This document shows positions 12,133 to 24,100 of a stretch of 64,000 nt of DNA, piece after piece. The notes under the pieces are model-generated. The model was given only the letters and a program-made list of their open reading frames with translations, did no database searches and was not told where the DNA came from. The position numbers and the translations under genes were made by a program. The first letter of the stretch is position 1, and every line of letters begins with the position of its first letter. The stretch is from Macrostomum lignano (taxonomy: Eukaryota): positions 62,001 to 126,000 of the forward strand of contig NIVC01000010.1 in assembly GCA_002269645.1 (NCBI GenBank), written 5' to 3'.

Positions 12133-15100
12133 AAGATAGATAGATAGATAGATAGATTCAAGGTTTACTTAGCAGCAAATTAATTATTGATTTTTGAAAA
12201 TGGCTCACGTATGGATGATATTATAGTCTCTATTCAATGTTTGCTAACTATTTTGCCAACAGATTGCTGGACAAGCTGCTGGTGGTGTGCCCGAACGTTG
12301 ACTACTGTGAGGATGTGCTGCCGCGCTGCGATTTAGAGTCACACCTGCTGCATAGGTGAGAATGTGATTTTCCTCAATTAGAATGGGATTTTCAGAATGG
12401 GATTTACCTATGATTTTATCGTTCCCCATTCGCAGGTGCCGCGGCGCCGTCACCCGCTGCGCCAAGGCCCATTTGGGCTGCACCTTCCAGGGCCCCAGGT
12501 CGGCACTGCACAGCCACCTGCTGTGGGAGTGCGCCTACAGAACCGAGGGCGAGGTACCGCTGCTGCCGCCTGAACCGGATCCCACTGGTATGAGTTGAAG
12601 CTTAGCGAATTTCAATTAGTAATTAGAATTTCAACTAGAATTTCAATTAAGTAACCCTCACACAGCTTTTGTGCTCAAAACTGCTCAAACTTCAGGCGGC
12701 TGGTCAGCTGGCAAGCAGCAGCAGGTAGTCAGCGGTGACGTTTCAACTATTGAATTCGGCCGCGGCCGTCACGACCTGGGCGTCAGCTTTGTCGGCGGCA
12801 GCGACACGCCGTTGGTGAGTTTTGCGTGCGGTTTTTAGGCTCATAATTTCACATAGATTCCAGGCTTCACAAGCTCAGAATTTCACATAGACTGCAGCTT
12901 CACAAGCTCAGAATTTCACATAGACTCCAGGCTTCACAAGCTCAGAATTTCACATAAACCCCAAGCTTAACAAGCTCCAGAATTTAACATAAACCCCAAG
13001 CTTAACAAGCTCAGAATTTCACATAGACTCCATGGCTTCACAAGCTCAGAATTTCACATAGACTCCAAGGCTTCACAAGCTCAGAATTTCACATAAACTC
13101 CCAAGCCTTTACAAGCTTAAGATACAAATAGTCTAAAACATAAAATAAGTCTCGTAAGTTTACGAGATTGTGAGGCTTTAAACTTCTGAAATATTTAGTT
13201 GTGAAGATTTGAGCTAGTCAAGAATTTGTGATGACTCATACAGTTAGGACAGGTGACTTCTGCTCTATGATTCATGCTAGCGTCGGGAACGGGAGCCACA
13301 AGCAATGCGAACTCAAGGCTCATTTTAGCTGCATCTAATTCCGTTCTCTGTTCTCACCCAACTACTCCCAGTGAGGTTATGCAACACCCTTGCATGCCTG
13401 CCTGCGCAATCCGACACTGGGACAGTCCTCGCCAGCCTATTAGGATGAATTAATGTAATGGCTCTGCCTTCATCGCCTTGTCATCTTATCTTCACCGAAC
13501 TAGCTTTACCGTCTTCCCTTGCTTCGTTCTCATATCTATTTGAAGTTTGCCGCCTACTTTATTTGATGATTTATTAAGAAGATAATCGACTTCTTATAAG
13601 TAATGCTTTTTAATTAGGAAAAAAAGAGAACTGTCAAGATGTGGATGTAAAACTGTAAAAGGCTTGGTATTCCTGTTAATATAGGTATGAATAACGGCTG
13701 TAAATCGACCTTTATAACAGCTAGATATCAGCCTTCATAACAGCTGAATAGCAGCCTTCATAACAGTTAGATATCGGCCTTCATAACAGCTGAATAGCAG
13801 CCTTCATAACAGTTAGATATCGGCCTTCATAACAGCTGAATAGCAGCCTTCATAACAGTTAGATATCGGCCTTCATAACGACTATAAATCGGCCTTCATA
13901 ACAGTTAGATATCGGTCTTTATAAAAGTTAGATATCGGTCTTCATAACAGTTAGATATCGGCCTTCATAACAGTTAGATATCGGCCTTCATAACAGTTAG
14001 ATATCGGCCTTCATAACAGTTAGATATCGGCCTTCATAACAGTTAGATATCGGCCTTCATAACAGTTAGATATCAGCCTTCATAACAGCTGAATATCGGC
14101 CTTCATAACAGTTAGATATCGGCCTTTATAACAGTTAGATATCGGCCTTCATAACAGTTAGATATCGGCCTTCATAACAGTTAGATATCGGCCTTTATAA
14201 CAGCTGGATATCGGCCTTCATAACAGTTAGATATCGGCCTTTATAACAGCTGGATATCGGCCTTCATAACAGCTGGATATTGGCTTTCATAACAGTTAGA
14301 TATCGGCCTTCATAACAACTGGATACAGAATAAAAATCAATCCTCTTGGTTCCTTTAAAACAGATGATAAACATTGCACTATTCGAAGTCAAAAAACAAG
14401 CCAATGTATTGCTCGATGATAAGAACTACTGCATTCCATTGAACTCTGGGCCCAGTATGTGAGGGCATCTTTTGGTTTCTTTCTCTTTCATTTACTATTT
14501 GTCTGCGTGTAATTGCTACCGCTGACCTACCTGTATCTCTGCCCACCTGTAGCCATTTTCTTGCTTAGCCTCGGCTAACGAAGCTTCTTCAGTCGAGTTA
14601 CAAGTTGCAGGCTACGCTACTGAAGGCGAAGTCATCAATCAACGCTTAGCAAATTTGGGATGTTGCCAAGTTCATAAGCTAGGCGGGTGTGTGCAAGGAG
14701 GATAAGATTTTTTGCCTGAACAAAACGAAAGAAACTTCTTGAAGTGGGAGGCCCTTTTTTGCGTTTTTTCAAAAAAAATTACTTTTAACTACTCGCAATA
14801 GTAGTATATATGTTATTGTTATTTGCTATCTTTTCAGAGTTGCATTGTGATTCAAGAGATCTACATGGACGGTCTAGTTGCTATCGATGGACGGCTAAGA
14901 CCCGGAGATCAAATACTCGAGGTAAAAATGAGTTCCAGGATTCGGGGATTAAGGATTCGATTGGGATTAAAGAATTCAGAGATTCGGGATTCAGGGATTA
15001 AGGAATTAAATTAGGTAATTTAGGGATTAAGGAATTATAGGATTAATGAATTCAGGGGTTTATATGGGTTATAAAACTCAGGTCATCATGGTATTGAGGC

Positions 15101-17091
15101 ATCAGGCAAAGAGGTCAGGCAAATTGCTTAAAATTGAAAATTGATCCTCAATCTAGCTACCTTGATCACTCTCAAATTCCACGCCATGCAGGTGAATGGA
15201 GAAGACGTGACCAGAGCGAGTCACTCCGAGGCCCGTCGGCTTCTGTCGCAAGGGTCGCAGTTCTGCCGCCTGACAGTGTACCGCGAGCGGGCCTGCGAGC
15301 CCGACGCTCAGCAGCAGCAACAGCAGCAATTTCTGCAACATCACCACCAGCAGCAGCAGCAGCGCAGATTGCAACTACTTGAACGCGATGAAGTGTTCCC
15401 TATCACTCTGTCAAAGCGGTCGGGCAAAACTCTCGGCATTAAATTGGTTGGAAAAAAGTACGTCGCGTGCCCCTTGTCTGAAAGGGGGCTTCGATTTTCT
15501 GGAATAAGAATTCAAGTACACACTAGCCTACTATAAGTAGAGTGAGATCCAGGGGCCGTAGCCCAGTGGCAGTAATGCCTCTCGCCGGTTGTGTAACAAT
15601 GTCACTTAAAGTGCGCCAGTAATGTTAATTGATCTGCCCCATAAACTGCTGCAGAAGCTTCCCAGGCCTGTACGTGCTCGGCCTTGTTGAGGGCGGCCTC
15701 GCCCAACTTGACGGCCGATTGCGTCGAGACGATCGCATTTTGGAGATTAACGGCGTGGACATTCGCGGCGGCACCCAGGCGGAAGCGGCCGAAATTATTC
15801 AGGTGATTTTTTGGTGCCAATTTCTGCAACAAATGCTGAGTCCTTTTAGAAGTGATTCTGTCGTTTATTATACTTCAGTATAAAACGGCTTATCTGAGGC
15901 ACGCAGTTCTGCTGAGTATTAGTCCCTCGTTGTGCAGGCCTCTATGCAACATTTATTAATTTATTAAAGCAATAGTATTATTGCATTCGCTTAGTGGCAT
16001 TTAGTTCAAGTCATTAGTTGTCCTTTGCGTAGCTAATAACGTGCATTTTTGTCTGCACAACATGGTTAAAAACGGCCCTTTTATGGCACTGAGCTCTACT
16101 ATTGTTGGGCTGTTTAATTATTTCTATATTTATACGATTACTCTCTTAACAGTTTAGTTTTAGCAATTCTGTCTTTACAAATCAGAGGTTTTAGATATAT
16201 AATCATTCAGATTAATTTATTGCAACCGACAACTCAGCCGCAGCTATTGCGCGGCGCATCTGAAGGCTGCGTACGGCTGTTCAGTCCAAGGACTGGGGGA
16301 GGGGGGGTCGCGACACACGTCCTCAATTACCCCAGCTAATGCTGGCACCCATTTTACAGCTGGGTGAACTGAAGCAATGTAGAGTTAAGTGTTTTGCTCA
16401 AGGACACAAATTGATCCAGTGGGATCGTGAATCGAACCCCCGACCTTTCAGTCGTGAATCCGACGCTCTAAAACACTAGGCTAGAGTATATAAGGTATAT
16501 ATTTGTAATTATTAAACATGGTTAAAACGGTCCTTTTAGGGGCATACAGTAAAAATCTCTTCAGCCTGCATAACACACTACTTTTAGGCGCTTTTACTAA
16601 TAAAAAACCGTGTTCATTTATTTGGCAGTCCGCCTCCGACAAGGTCAGCTTCCTTGTGTCGCGTCGATGCCGCCCGGAGACGCCAGACCTGATTAGGACG
16701 GCCTCAGGCGAGAATTTGGCTTCGCTAGGCTTGTCCGCCGGCGGCTCGGCCTCCTGTCAGCATCTGGCCGATGCCGCTGCCGCTGCGTCGGCGACAACCG
16801 GCGGCAGCAGCGCGTCCGCTTCTAAGCAACAGCAGCTGCCGCAGCCGCAGTACGGCACCGTGCCGCCTCAGGAGCGGACCGTGCGATTGGAGAAATCACC
16901 CGGCGAGTCGCTCGGCATGTCCGTAGCCGGCGGGGTCGGCTCGCAGCGCGGCGACATCCCGGTTTACGTCACCAGCCTGCGCCCCGACGGGCCGGCTGGA
17001 CGCACCGTGCGAAAGGGCGACCTGCTGCTGGCTGTGCAGGACTCCAAACTGCTGGGCCTCACGCATGAGCAGGTGCGGTTCGGCCTGCTGA

Positions 17092-17153
<62 letters not shown>

Positions 17154-17669
17154 GTCTGTCTCGGCCCCATCAAATTCCAAACCAATTCCACTCCACTGCA
17201 GGCCGTCCGCTTATTAAAATCGGCCTCAGCCGACAGCTCGGTCACCCTGCGCCTCATGGACGGTCCGGAGTCCTGGTCGGCCTCGGCCGATCCGGCTTCG
17301 AATTTCCAGCCGAGCTGGTCCTACTGGCTGGCGCTGCCCCGTTGGCTAAGCGTCGAGCGCGACGTCGAGCTGAGCCGACACCCGGCCACCGGCTCTCTGG
17401 GATTCTCCATCGTGGGCGGTAGGAATTCTCCCAGCGAGTCGTCGTCGTCAGCCTCGGCCGGTCCACACCCGGTGGTGGTGAAAAGCATCGTCTGGGGCGG
17501 GCCCGCCCACGAGGATGGCCGGCTGCGTTGCGGCGACATTTTGATTAGCGTGAACCACCGGCACAGCCTGGCGGATATTGGGCACGCTCAGGCCGTGTCG
17601 CTGCTCAAATTGGTGCGCACAGATCCGGTTGTGCTCACCATCGTGTCATGGCCTGGTACTATTGTTTAA
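2431..17669 (+). CDS. LNX: LNX1/LNX2-like E3 ubiquitin ligase (Zn-RING-Zn, extra TRAF-type Zn finger, 4 PDZ domains), spliced
   Basis: Phase-consistent exons: 3792-4175, 6574-6734, 12263-12355, 12436-12587, 12696-12814, 14838-14921, 15192-15457, 15655-15802, 16629-17072, 17202-17669 (2319 nt, 773 codons including stop). The translation contains CRACGQFH...[26 protein letters not shown]...CPID (RING), [11 protein letters not shown]...CDLESHL, four PDZ GLGF-type loops ([31 protein letters not shown]) and the LNX-type C-terminus [10 protein letters not shown]. The 3792 exon has no in-frame ATG, so an upstream exon is needed. The best candidate is the Gln/Pro-rich ORF 2275-2553 (ATG 2431; phase-0 donor at 2548 GC or 2554 GT). 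The 5' end is uncertain. Confidence 0.9.
2630..3640 (+). repeat. Minisatellite, 30-bp unit GGAAGCACCTGGGAACGGTATCAGGACCCT (~33 copies)
   Basis: Direct tandem array in the first inferred LNX intron. Confidence 0.95.
4798..5022 (+). mobile_element. tRNA-derived SINE, copy 1 (3'-truncated)
   Basis: A-box-like TAGCCTAGTTGT (4805-16) and B-box GGTTCGATTCT (4849-59), followed by GGACACTTAACTCTGCATTGCTTCAGTTCACCCAACTGTGAAATTGG. Homologous to the copies at 16221 and 41089. Confidence 0.85.
5026..6376 (-). mobile_element. Composite repeat (polypurine tract plus Helitron/DINE-like segment), copy A
   Basis: 5026-5228 is the reverse complement of ~50840-51040. 6290-6376 is the reverse complement of ~48563-48670. 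An AG-rich tract of ~1.1 kb lies between them. Confidence 0.7.
6783..8026 (+). repeat. Minisatellite, 22-bp unit CAAATTTATGATTTGTGATGAT (19- and 22-bp variants)
   Basis: Starts about 45 nt after the 6735 donor. Confidence 0.95.
8760..9740 (+). repeat. Minisatellite, 36/34-bp unit CTTCAGTCATGCTATAAAGTCATAGATAAGGAATGA
   Basis: Direct tandem array in an LNX intron. Confidence 0.95.
10412..10617 (+). CDS. Candidate alternative first (or cassette) exon of the LNX gene
   Basis: ATG at 10412 opens an Ala/Ser-rich reading frame that ends at a GG|GTAAGG donor (GT at 10618-10619). This donor is phase 2, matching the phase-2 acceptor at 12263. The upstream sequence 10100-10400 is non-repetitive and GC-richer. 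Confidence 0.5.
10654..10750 (+). repeat. (CTGT)n microsatellite
   Basis: Lies about 35 nt after the candidate 10618 donor. Confidence 0.95.
11962..12156 (+). repeat. (GATA)n microsatellite
   Basis: Long TAGA/GATA run upstream of the 12263 acceptor. Confidence 0.95.
12838..13110 (+). repeat. Minisatellite, ~34-bp unit TTCACAAGCTCAGAATTTCACATAGACTCCAGGC
   Basis: About 8 copies, starting ~25 nt after the 12815 donor. Confidence 0.9.
13700..14325 (+). repeat. Minisatellite, 23-bp unit TTCATAACAGTTAGATATCGGCC
   Basis: Direct tandem array in an LNX intron. Confidence 0.95.
16221..16484 (-). mobile_element. tRNA-derived SINE, copy 2
   Basis: The reverse complement reads TAGCCTAGTG...GGGGTTCGATTC...CACTTAACTCTACATTGCTTCAGTTCACCCAGCTGTAAAATGGGTGCCAGC...CAGTCCTTGGACTGAACAGCCGTACGCAGCC. 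It lies in an LNX intron. Confidence 0.88.
17093..17161 (+). repeat. (CTGT)n microsatellite in the 129-nt last LNX intron
   Basis: Lies within intron 17073-17201. Confidence 0.95.
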
Positions 17670-18879
17670 CGTTGAAATCAAGTGTGTAAGGCTAGAATCT
17701 TTTGTTGTGCTATTCGGTTACTAATCGTTTGTTGCTTAGCAACCGAGATGTTTATCTTTGGATACGGAGGATAAGTTACTTTGCCTAGTAACGGAAGTGT
17801 TTACCTTGGATACCGATCAGTTACGTTGCTTAGCAACGGAAGTGCTTACTTTGGATACCGAACGGTTATTTTGCTTAGCAATGGGAGTTTTTACCTTGGA
17901 TACCGATTGGTTGATTCGCTTAGTAACGGGAATGGTTATATTAGAGACCGATTGGTTACCGTTGCAACGGGAGTGTTTTCCTTGCGTTCGTGCTTTAAGG
18001 AATTACGTCATCACCATAGCAACTGAGTGTTTGACTACTAATATTTGGTCATAAGTGACGTCTCCGTTCTTATAAACCATTAGACCTTATGCTACTCTCC
18101 GGTTCAAATTGTGCCATTTTAGTGGTTCTGCAAAAAGACTTCATGTGTAATGAAAGTCGTATGAGAATTGTGTGTGAAAGTCAAGTCGTTTGTTTTACAA
18201 TTTCAATCCTTGCTTTCTACTCTACTTTTAAGATTGTCACACAGTATTGCCTTCGAATTAAAATAATGATCAATTTCTCAAATTTTGTACTTACCTGCAA
18301 ATATTGGTAATATAATGGATTATAATGGATATTGTTCATGATTTTTCGCTTTTTGTATAGTTTTTTTCTTGTTATATCCGCTTACCGCTACTGTTATAAG
18401 CAGGTCAGTTGCATAAATGAAGCGTAAATGTCGCTTTTTTATAACTAGTCAGTGGCAAGTTGAGTAAACAAACAATAAACCGCTAGTACCTGTGTAAAAA
18501 AGCATATTTTTACCCAATTTTGAGTTTCAGCTGTTTCATGTATATATTATATTGTTTATGCATAGCGTTTTTTGTTCATACTCGTAAAAATTGCCTAACA
18601 GAGAATCGCTTCTTGTACACACGAATTCGGGCGCCATTCACTGCTGTAATCTTTGGTTTGCTTTTATTGGTATTCGATTATTGTTTCAGCTTGTCATATT
18701 TCTAGTCTTAACAAATTCAACTTCGCATTGCAACTTATTTACTTATTTTTTGTTACTTCTGTTTACCTTGCTTAATGAATATATTTTTAGAGTGCTGGCT
18801 GAATTATTAGTATGTTATTAAGCTTCAAAACATGACAGTTTATGTTGACTCATCCACCCGCATCCAGTCTGCCTAGCAA

Positions 18880-19560
18880 CAGATTTGCTTACCCTAGATA
18901 CCGGTTTTTACCTTAGATAAGGATTTATTTAACCAAAATACAGTGTTTTTTTACCCTAAATATGAGTATTTACACTAGATACGGAGTTGCTTACCCTAGA
19001 TACGGGTTTGTTTACCCTAGATACGGGTTTGTTTACCCTAGATACTGGTTTACTTACCCTAGCCACCGTTTTTACCCTAGATACGGGTTTGTTTACCCTA
19101 GATACCGGTTTACTTACCCTACCCACCGGTTTTACCCTAGGTACGGGGTTGTGTACCCTAGATACAGGATTGCTTATCCTAGATACGGGTTTGTTTACAC
19201 TAGATACTGGTTTACTTACCCTAGCCACCGTTTTTACCCTAGATACGGGTTTGTTTACCCTAGATACCGGTTTACTTACCCTACCCACCGGTTTTACCCT
19301 AGGTACGGGGTTGTGTACCCTAGATACAGGATTGCTTATCCTAGATACGGGTTTGTTTACACTAGATACGGGTTTTTTACCATAGATGCGGGTTTGTTTA
19401 CCCTAGATACGGGTTTTTTACCATTGATACGGGCTTGAATACCCCAGATATATGTTTTTTTTTACCTTAGATACGGATTTTTAAATCTAATTCCGGATTT
19501 TTACCATAAATATGGGTACGTTTAAACTTGATACGGAGTTGTTTACCCTAGATACGGGTT
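18880..19560 (+). repeat. Minisatellite, 21/18-bp unit TTTACCCTAGATACGGGTTTG; a degenerate related array at ~17745-17990
   Basis: Downstream of the LNX stop; contains a 162-bp higher-order duplication. Confidence 0.9.
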
Positions 19561-21160
19561 TGCCTACTCTTTGTTGCTATGCGACTGATCGGCTGAATAA
19601 GATAATTGCTAGTCAAGTTATTTCTCTCGCTTTTTGGTGTCGCATTTTCTCTTAATTGACGCTCCTTAATTAGACTGTCCAGTGAGATTACCGTAAGTTG
19701 AAAAAAACACGAATTTTAGCAAAAAATGATATTTTTTGTTGGCGTACCAGAAAAAAAGTATTGCACATAAAGAAAAACCAAAGTATACCCTAAAAAGTAA
19801 AGAACACTGTTGTTATTTAAAAAAAAAATGGAGACAAAACAATGCACTACAATTAATGCGGTGACCAGTCAAAGTGGATACATTTTACGGTAACGAATCG
19901 CATTGGCTCCATTTTGAAATGAAAATCACATTTCAAAAAAAGTTTTTTTTCCACAAAAGGGTACATTTTAACAAAGTTTCGCTACTAATATGCAATGTTC
20001 ACATTTAAGACAAACCAGTAACTGTATTTTTGAAAGAAAAAAAGTTTTTTTATGGACTATATAAAGCGATAAAAAATTTTGTTGCCCAAAAAAAGTATTT
20101 AGTCGATCTCCGACGCACTAATTCAGTTTAATGTATGAAAGTGGCACTTCATACCAGCCGTTCGCAAAGAACTGCTTGTGCATCGGTGTTGTCCGAAAAA
20201 AGTTATTGAACTTTATATTTTTTATACTTCTACATGTATTTTGCCATTTAAAATAGAAAAAGGCTTGTCATTTTTTTTTAAACAGACCGACGCAGTTGTA
20301 TTTGCACATTCTTCGCCCCTATTGAAATGTAAAATAGATGAAACGTGTGCAGCCCACTCATTGTGTGTCCGTTTTGAGAAACTTTTCTTTTTGTTTTTCC
20401 TGCATTCATGTGCATGCAAACTACTTTGTACTACTTACATAGAAAATATGAAAAAAACGAATTTTTCATTACTTTTTAGTTCTTTATTGCAAAAAATAGA
20501 AAGGAGAAGTGAAACTTAATGCAGTCATGATTTATTTCAGCCTTGGGGGTCACTGTGGAGGCTTCCATTGGAAAGCTGCTGAATTTCTGACCCCCAGTAA
20601 TCAGTATATAGCTATCCCAACAAGTGATCCCTGGCAGTCGCCTGGTCAGCGACTCTAACTCCCATCCTACTGCTAAATTGGCCAACATTTTACGTAGGCA
20701 ATTTAATTAAGTCAATCTGTATTGGGAAGCATTTTAATTCTGAGCTACTACTACTACTAGTACTATTTATATATTTTTAACAAATAACCATTTTATTAAC
20801 TACATATTATTCAGAGTTACTGAAGTTTTAACTTTAAAAAGTTGAATTTGTCCTTGAGATTCCTTGCAAGTGAGTGACTTTTTTGCAAGGTCATTTTTTA
20901 CCACTAATTAAATACCTTTTCTTTAATACTACAAGTTCACTTCTTAAACAATGTCGACGTTTAAGGTGTATTTACATTTGTGGTCCTTCTTACACTTTAA
21001 TTTTAAAAGCATTCATAAAATAAAAATAAACGTACTATGCAATTAGAAAGTAGAAGGTATATTGTTTTTCTTTAAGCCATTTGCCCATTTGTCATTCATT
21101 TTTTACACTTAGTATTCAATGAGGCAATGACTCCCGTTTAATTTAATTAACATTTGCTTT

Positions 21161-24100
21161 TTAATCATCACTGTCCCAGTCGTTGGCCAGGATGCGAAGG
21201 TCGCCGCGAATGTAGTCGCGGTACAGGTCGTAGGGCACCGGCTTTCCAGGAAAGTCGTCAAACTCGACTAGGAAGCGCTGGTCGAGGACGTCGCGGCTCA
21301 ATCCTGGCGTTGGCACCTGCCGGATGATGTAGCCAGCGTTCCATTCTTCATAGTCCGCTACGTCGGAGTCTTCGTCGACGTACGCGAAGAGCATTTCGAT
21401 GCGGAGACCGGCATAGAGACGCGGCAGGCCTGATTGCGTGCTGTCTGGCTGGGCATCCGCGCTGGCCTCATCACTGGAGACCGTAGCTGAAGGCCGGGCG
21501 CCGCGACCACGCCCTCGGCCTCGGCCTCCTTCACGCTGGTGTCCTTTGCCACGGCCACGTCCTCTACCGCGCTGCACACTGGCATTGGGGGGCTTGGCCT
21601 TCTTCACTGTGGAGGCAGCAGGTGGCCCGCTCGCTTTGGACAAAATGGCCTGGACGGCGGATTTGACACGTTCCTCGCGAACTTCGGATGCCAGGGTCGA
21701 GCCGGAATGTGGCGTGGCTGACTGCTGTGCTGCCTCCGTCTGCTGTGCCAGAATTTCCAGAACTTCTTCCAGATTCTGGTGCAGCTGGGCCAAAGAAAAG
21801 CGCACGCCACGAGCCGAGAAGTTAAGCAGATGGCTCTTATCCTTCGGCAGGACCATCTCTGTGATAAATGAAGTAATATTTTTGTAAATGTACACTTTTT
21901 CCACTTATATCAGACTTTTCTTTGACAAGTTACATAAAGTTACGAGCTTTTTTGGCATTTGTAAATTGTTATGTCACTGTTTTGAATAAGAAAGGTAACG
22001 CAGCTTGCTCAGACTTACTGGTACACTTGTGGAGCCGCAGTTGCGCCTTTATTGCAGTTTCCTGTTCGGCAGGCTGCAGCGATGCCAGATTACTGGCCAT
22101 ACCCTCTGCGGTGCGCCACATGCCTCCGTATGACTCGACGCCACTGATGGTGTTGCGCAGGTTGGCCGCACGCTGCTGCTTTTTGCGCTGCCTCTCATCG
22201 AGCTTGCGCCGCATGAGCTCCTGGCGTCGCTCACGATTCAGGGTTGCCAATCTGGCTGCCCGACTCTCCATCAGCGGCGCAAGGGCCCGGGCCCGGGTCA
22301 AGATGAGGTCCTTCTCGCCCTCGGACTTTTCCCGGAGCCAGTCGGCGGTGCGATTCTGGCCGAACAGGACGGTGGACTCCCTGGCCAGAAGCCTCATGTG
22401 CGGCTTGCCCTGGACTGAGTAGTCTAGTGCCGCAAACATTCGCTCCCCGGCGACGTTGTCCTTCGGTGCCTGTGCAGCCGCGGCTGAGTCCTCAGTGGAG
22501 AGGCTACGTAGGCGGCCGCCGTCAAGGTGGTCTGCCACTTCTCTCTGAAGCAGCACCAACATGTGGGCGCAGATGACCTGGTGTAGAAGAGAATGAAAAA
22601 TAGTAGTGGAATTTTTTTCAAACAATTTCATTTATCACTGACACATAACTATTGATGTTTTTGTCTGCTTCTGTTCATAGTCCTAGCTTTTTTAACTAAC
22701 CTGAAGGGCTTGGCCGACAAGGCTGTTCTCCTCCAGGGACGCCTCCGCAGTCGTCAGCGCCTCCCAGGAGGTCTGCGCGTCAGCATCCCGCAGTACGGAG
22801 TGCGCCAGCTCGGGGAACGGGCCCTGCAGCTCAACCGATGGGGCGACACTGTCGGCCGAGGCGACGCTCTGCAGCCAACGATGGGCAGTCTCATAGTGCC
22901 GATTCATATCGATCAGCGTGACGCCTGAGTCGCGCAGCAGCGTCCACAGAGGCCGGATGAGCAGCAGGTCGAGTAACCCAAGGGCACGACAGCCAGCCAG
23001 CAGCACTCCGGAGGCGAGGTCAGCTTCCACCGCAAGCAGCAGGCGGTTCTTACCCTCCGACGCGGACAGAAAGGCCGATAGCACGTCCTTCTGCCGGTAG
23101 AGAAAGCCGCCATTGGGGAAAATCACATAAAGGCGATTCCCTCTGAAGTCCTCCATTCGGAAGGCCGGCTTATCGTGAATCGCCAAGTAGGACTCCAGCG
23201 ATGTAAAGACACCGCATTGCTCACTGCCTAGGTGATGAAAGGCCTTGCAAACAGTGCGGATCAGCCGCTGGGCGCCAGACTCTGCCTTTGACGGGTAAAA
23301 ACCTGCACACGCAGCAGCGCCAAGGGGCCCCAACGAGGCGCACTTCTCGAAATCGAGCAGCGCCTTGTCTGCAACACCAGCCAAATTCACAATGACGTGC
23401 ATGCCGCAGAAGAGGGCCACCATGCGAGGAGGCGCCGGCGCTCCCTGCCGATCGGCTAGCTGGGAGCGCATGTCGTTGAGCAGAAGCTGTTTTAATGTTC
23501 ATTTTTGTACGAAAAAATGTAACAACCGTATTACTTATTATTATTATTGTGTTTCAGTTTACGTTTACTGCCGGCTTGGTTTAAATTACTAGTTATATTA
23601 CTTAAAAGTTTACAAAAATAGGTGTTATAATATTAATAAGTACTAAGTAGTACTAGTAGGGCATTATTATTAATTAAGCAATTAAGTCCGAGGCCAAACG
23701 GCAAAAGGGTGTACAAACGTGAAGGCTTTTGTTGACAACGTGCCGGTCCGTCATCAGAAACTTCAGGGTCATCACCACGTTGCTCTTCATTTCCTGGCGC
23801 TCCTCGTCGCTGCGATCTCCAAGCGTGAGGGCGCAGTAGTTGTACACCAGATCGTCCATGCTGGCGTCGAACTCGCGGAAATACACTTCCGCAGTGCCGC
23901 CCTCCACCTCACGCAGCGACAGGCAGACGGTGCGGTTGGCGCCCAAGCCAGTGTCAATCTGCAAATTAGTGATTGTAATGTATTGTAAATTTAAGAATTA
24001 CGTATGCATTTTTTAGCAGCAAACATTCCAACTTTTTTACTGCTTTTTGCTTTTAATACTATTGTTGTTACACTTAAACACAGCTGTTGTAATGTGTTAA

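Noticed and set aside
20178-20688. Short ORFs in the transposon's left subterminal region as a second (accessory) gene
   Set aside because: AT-rich, no recognisable motif and no convincing splice chain.
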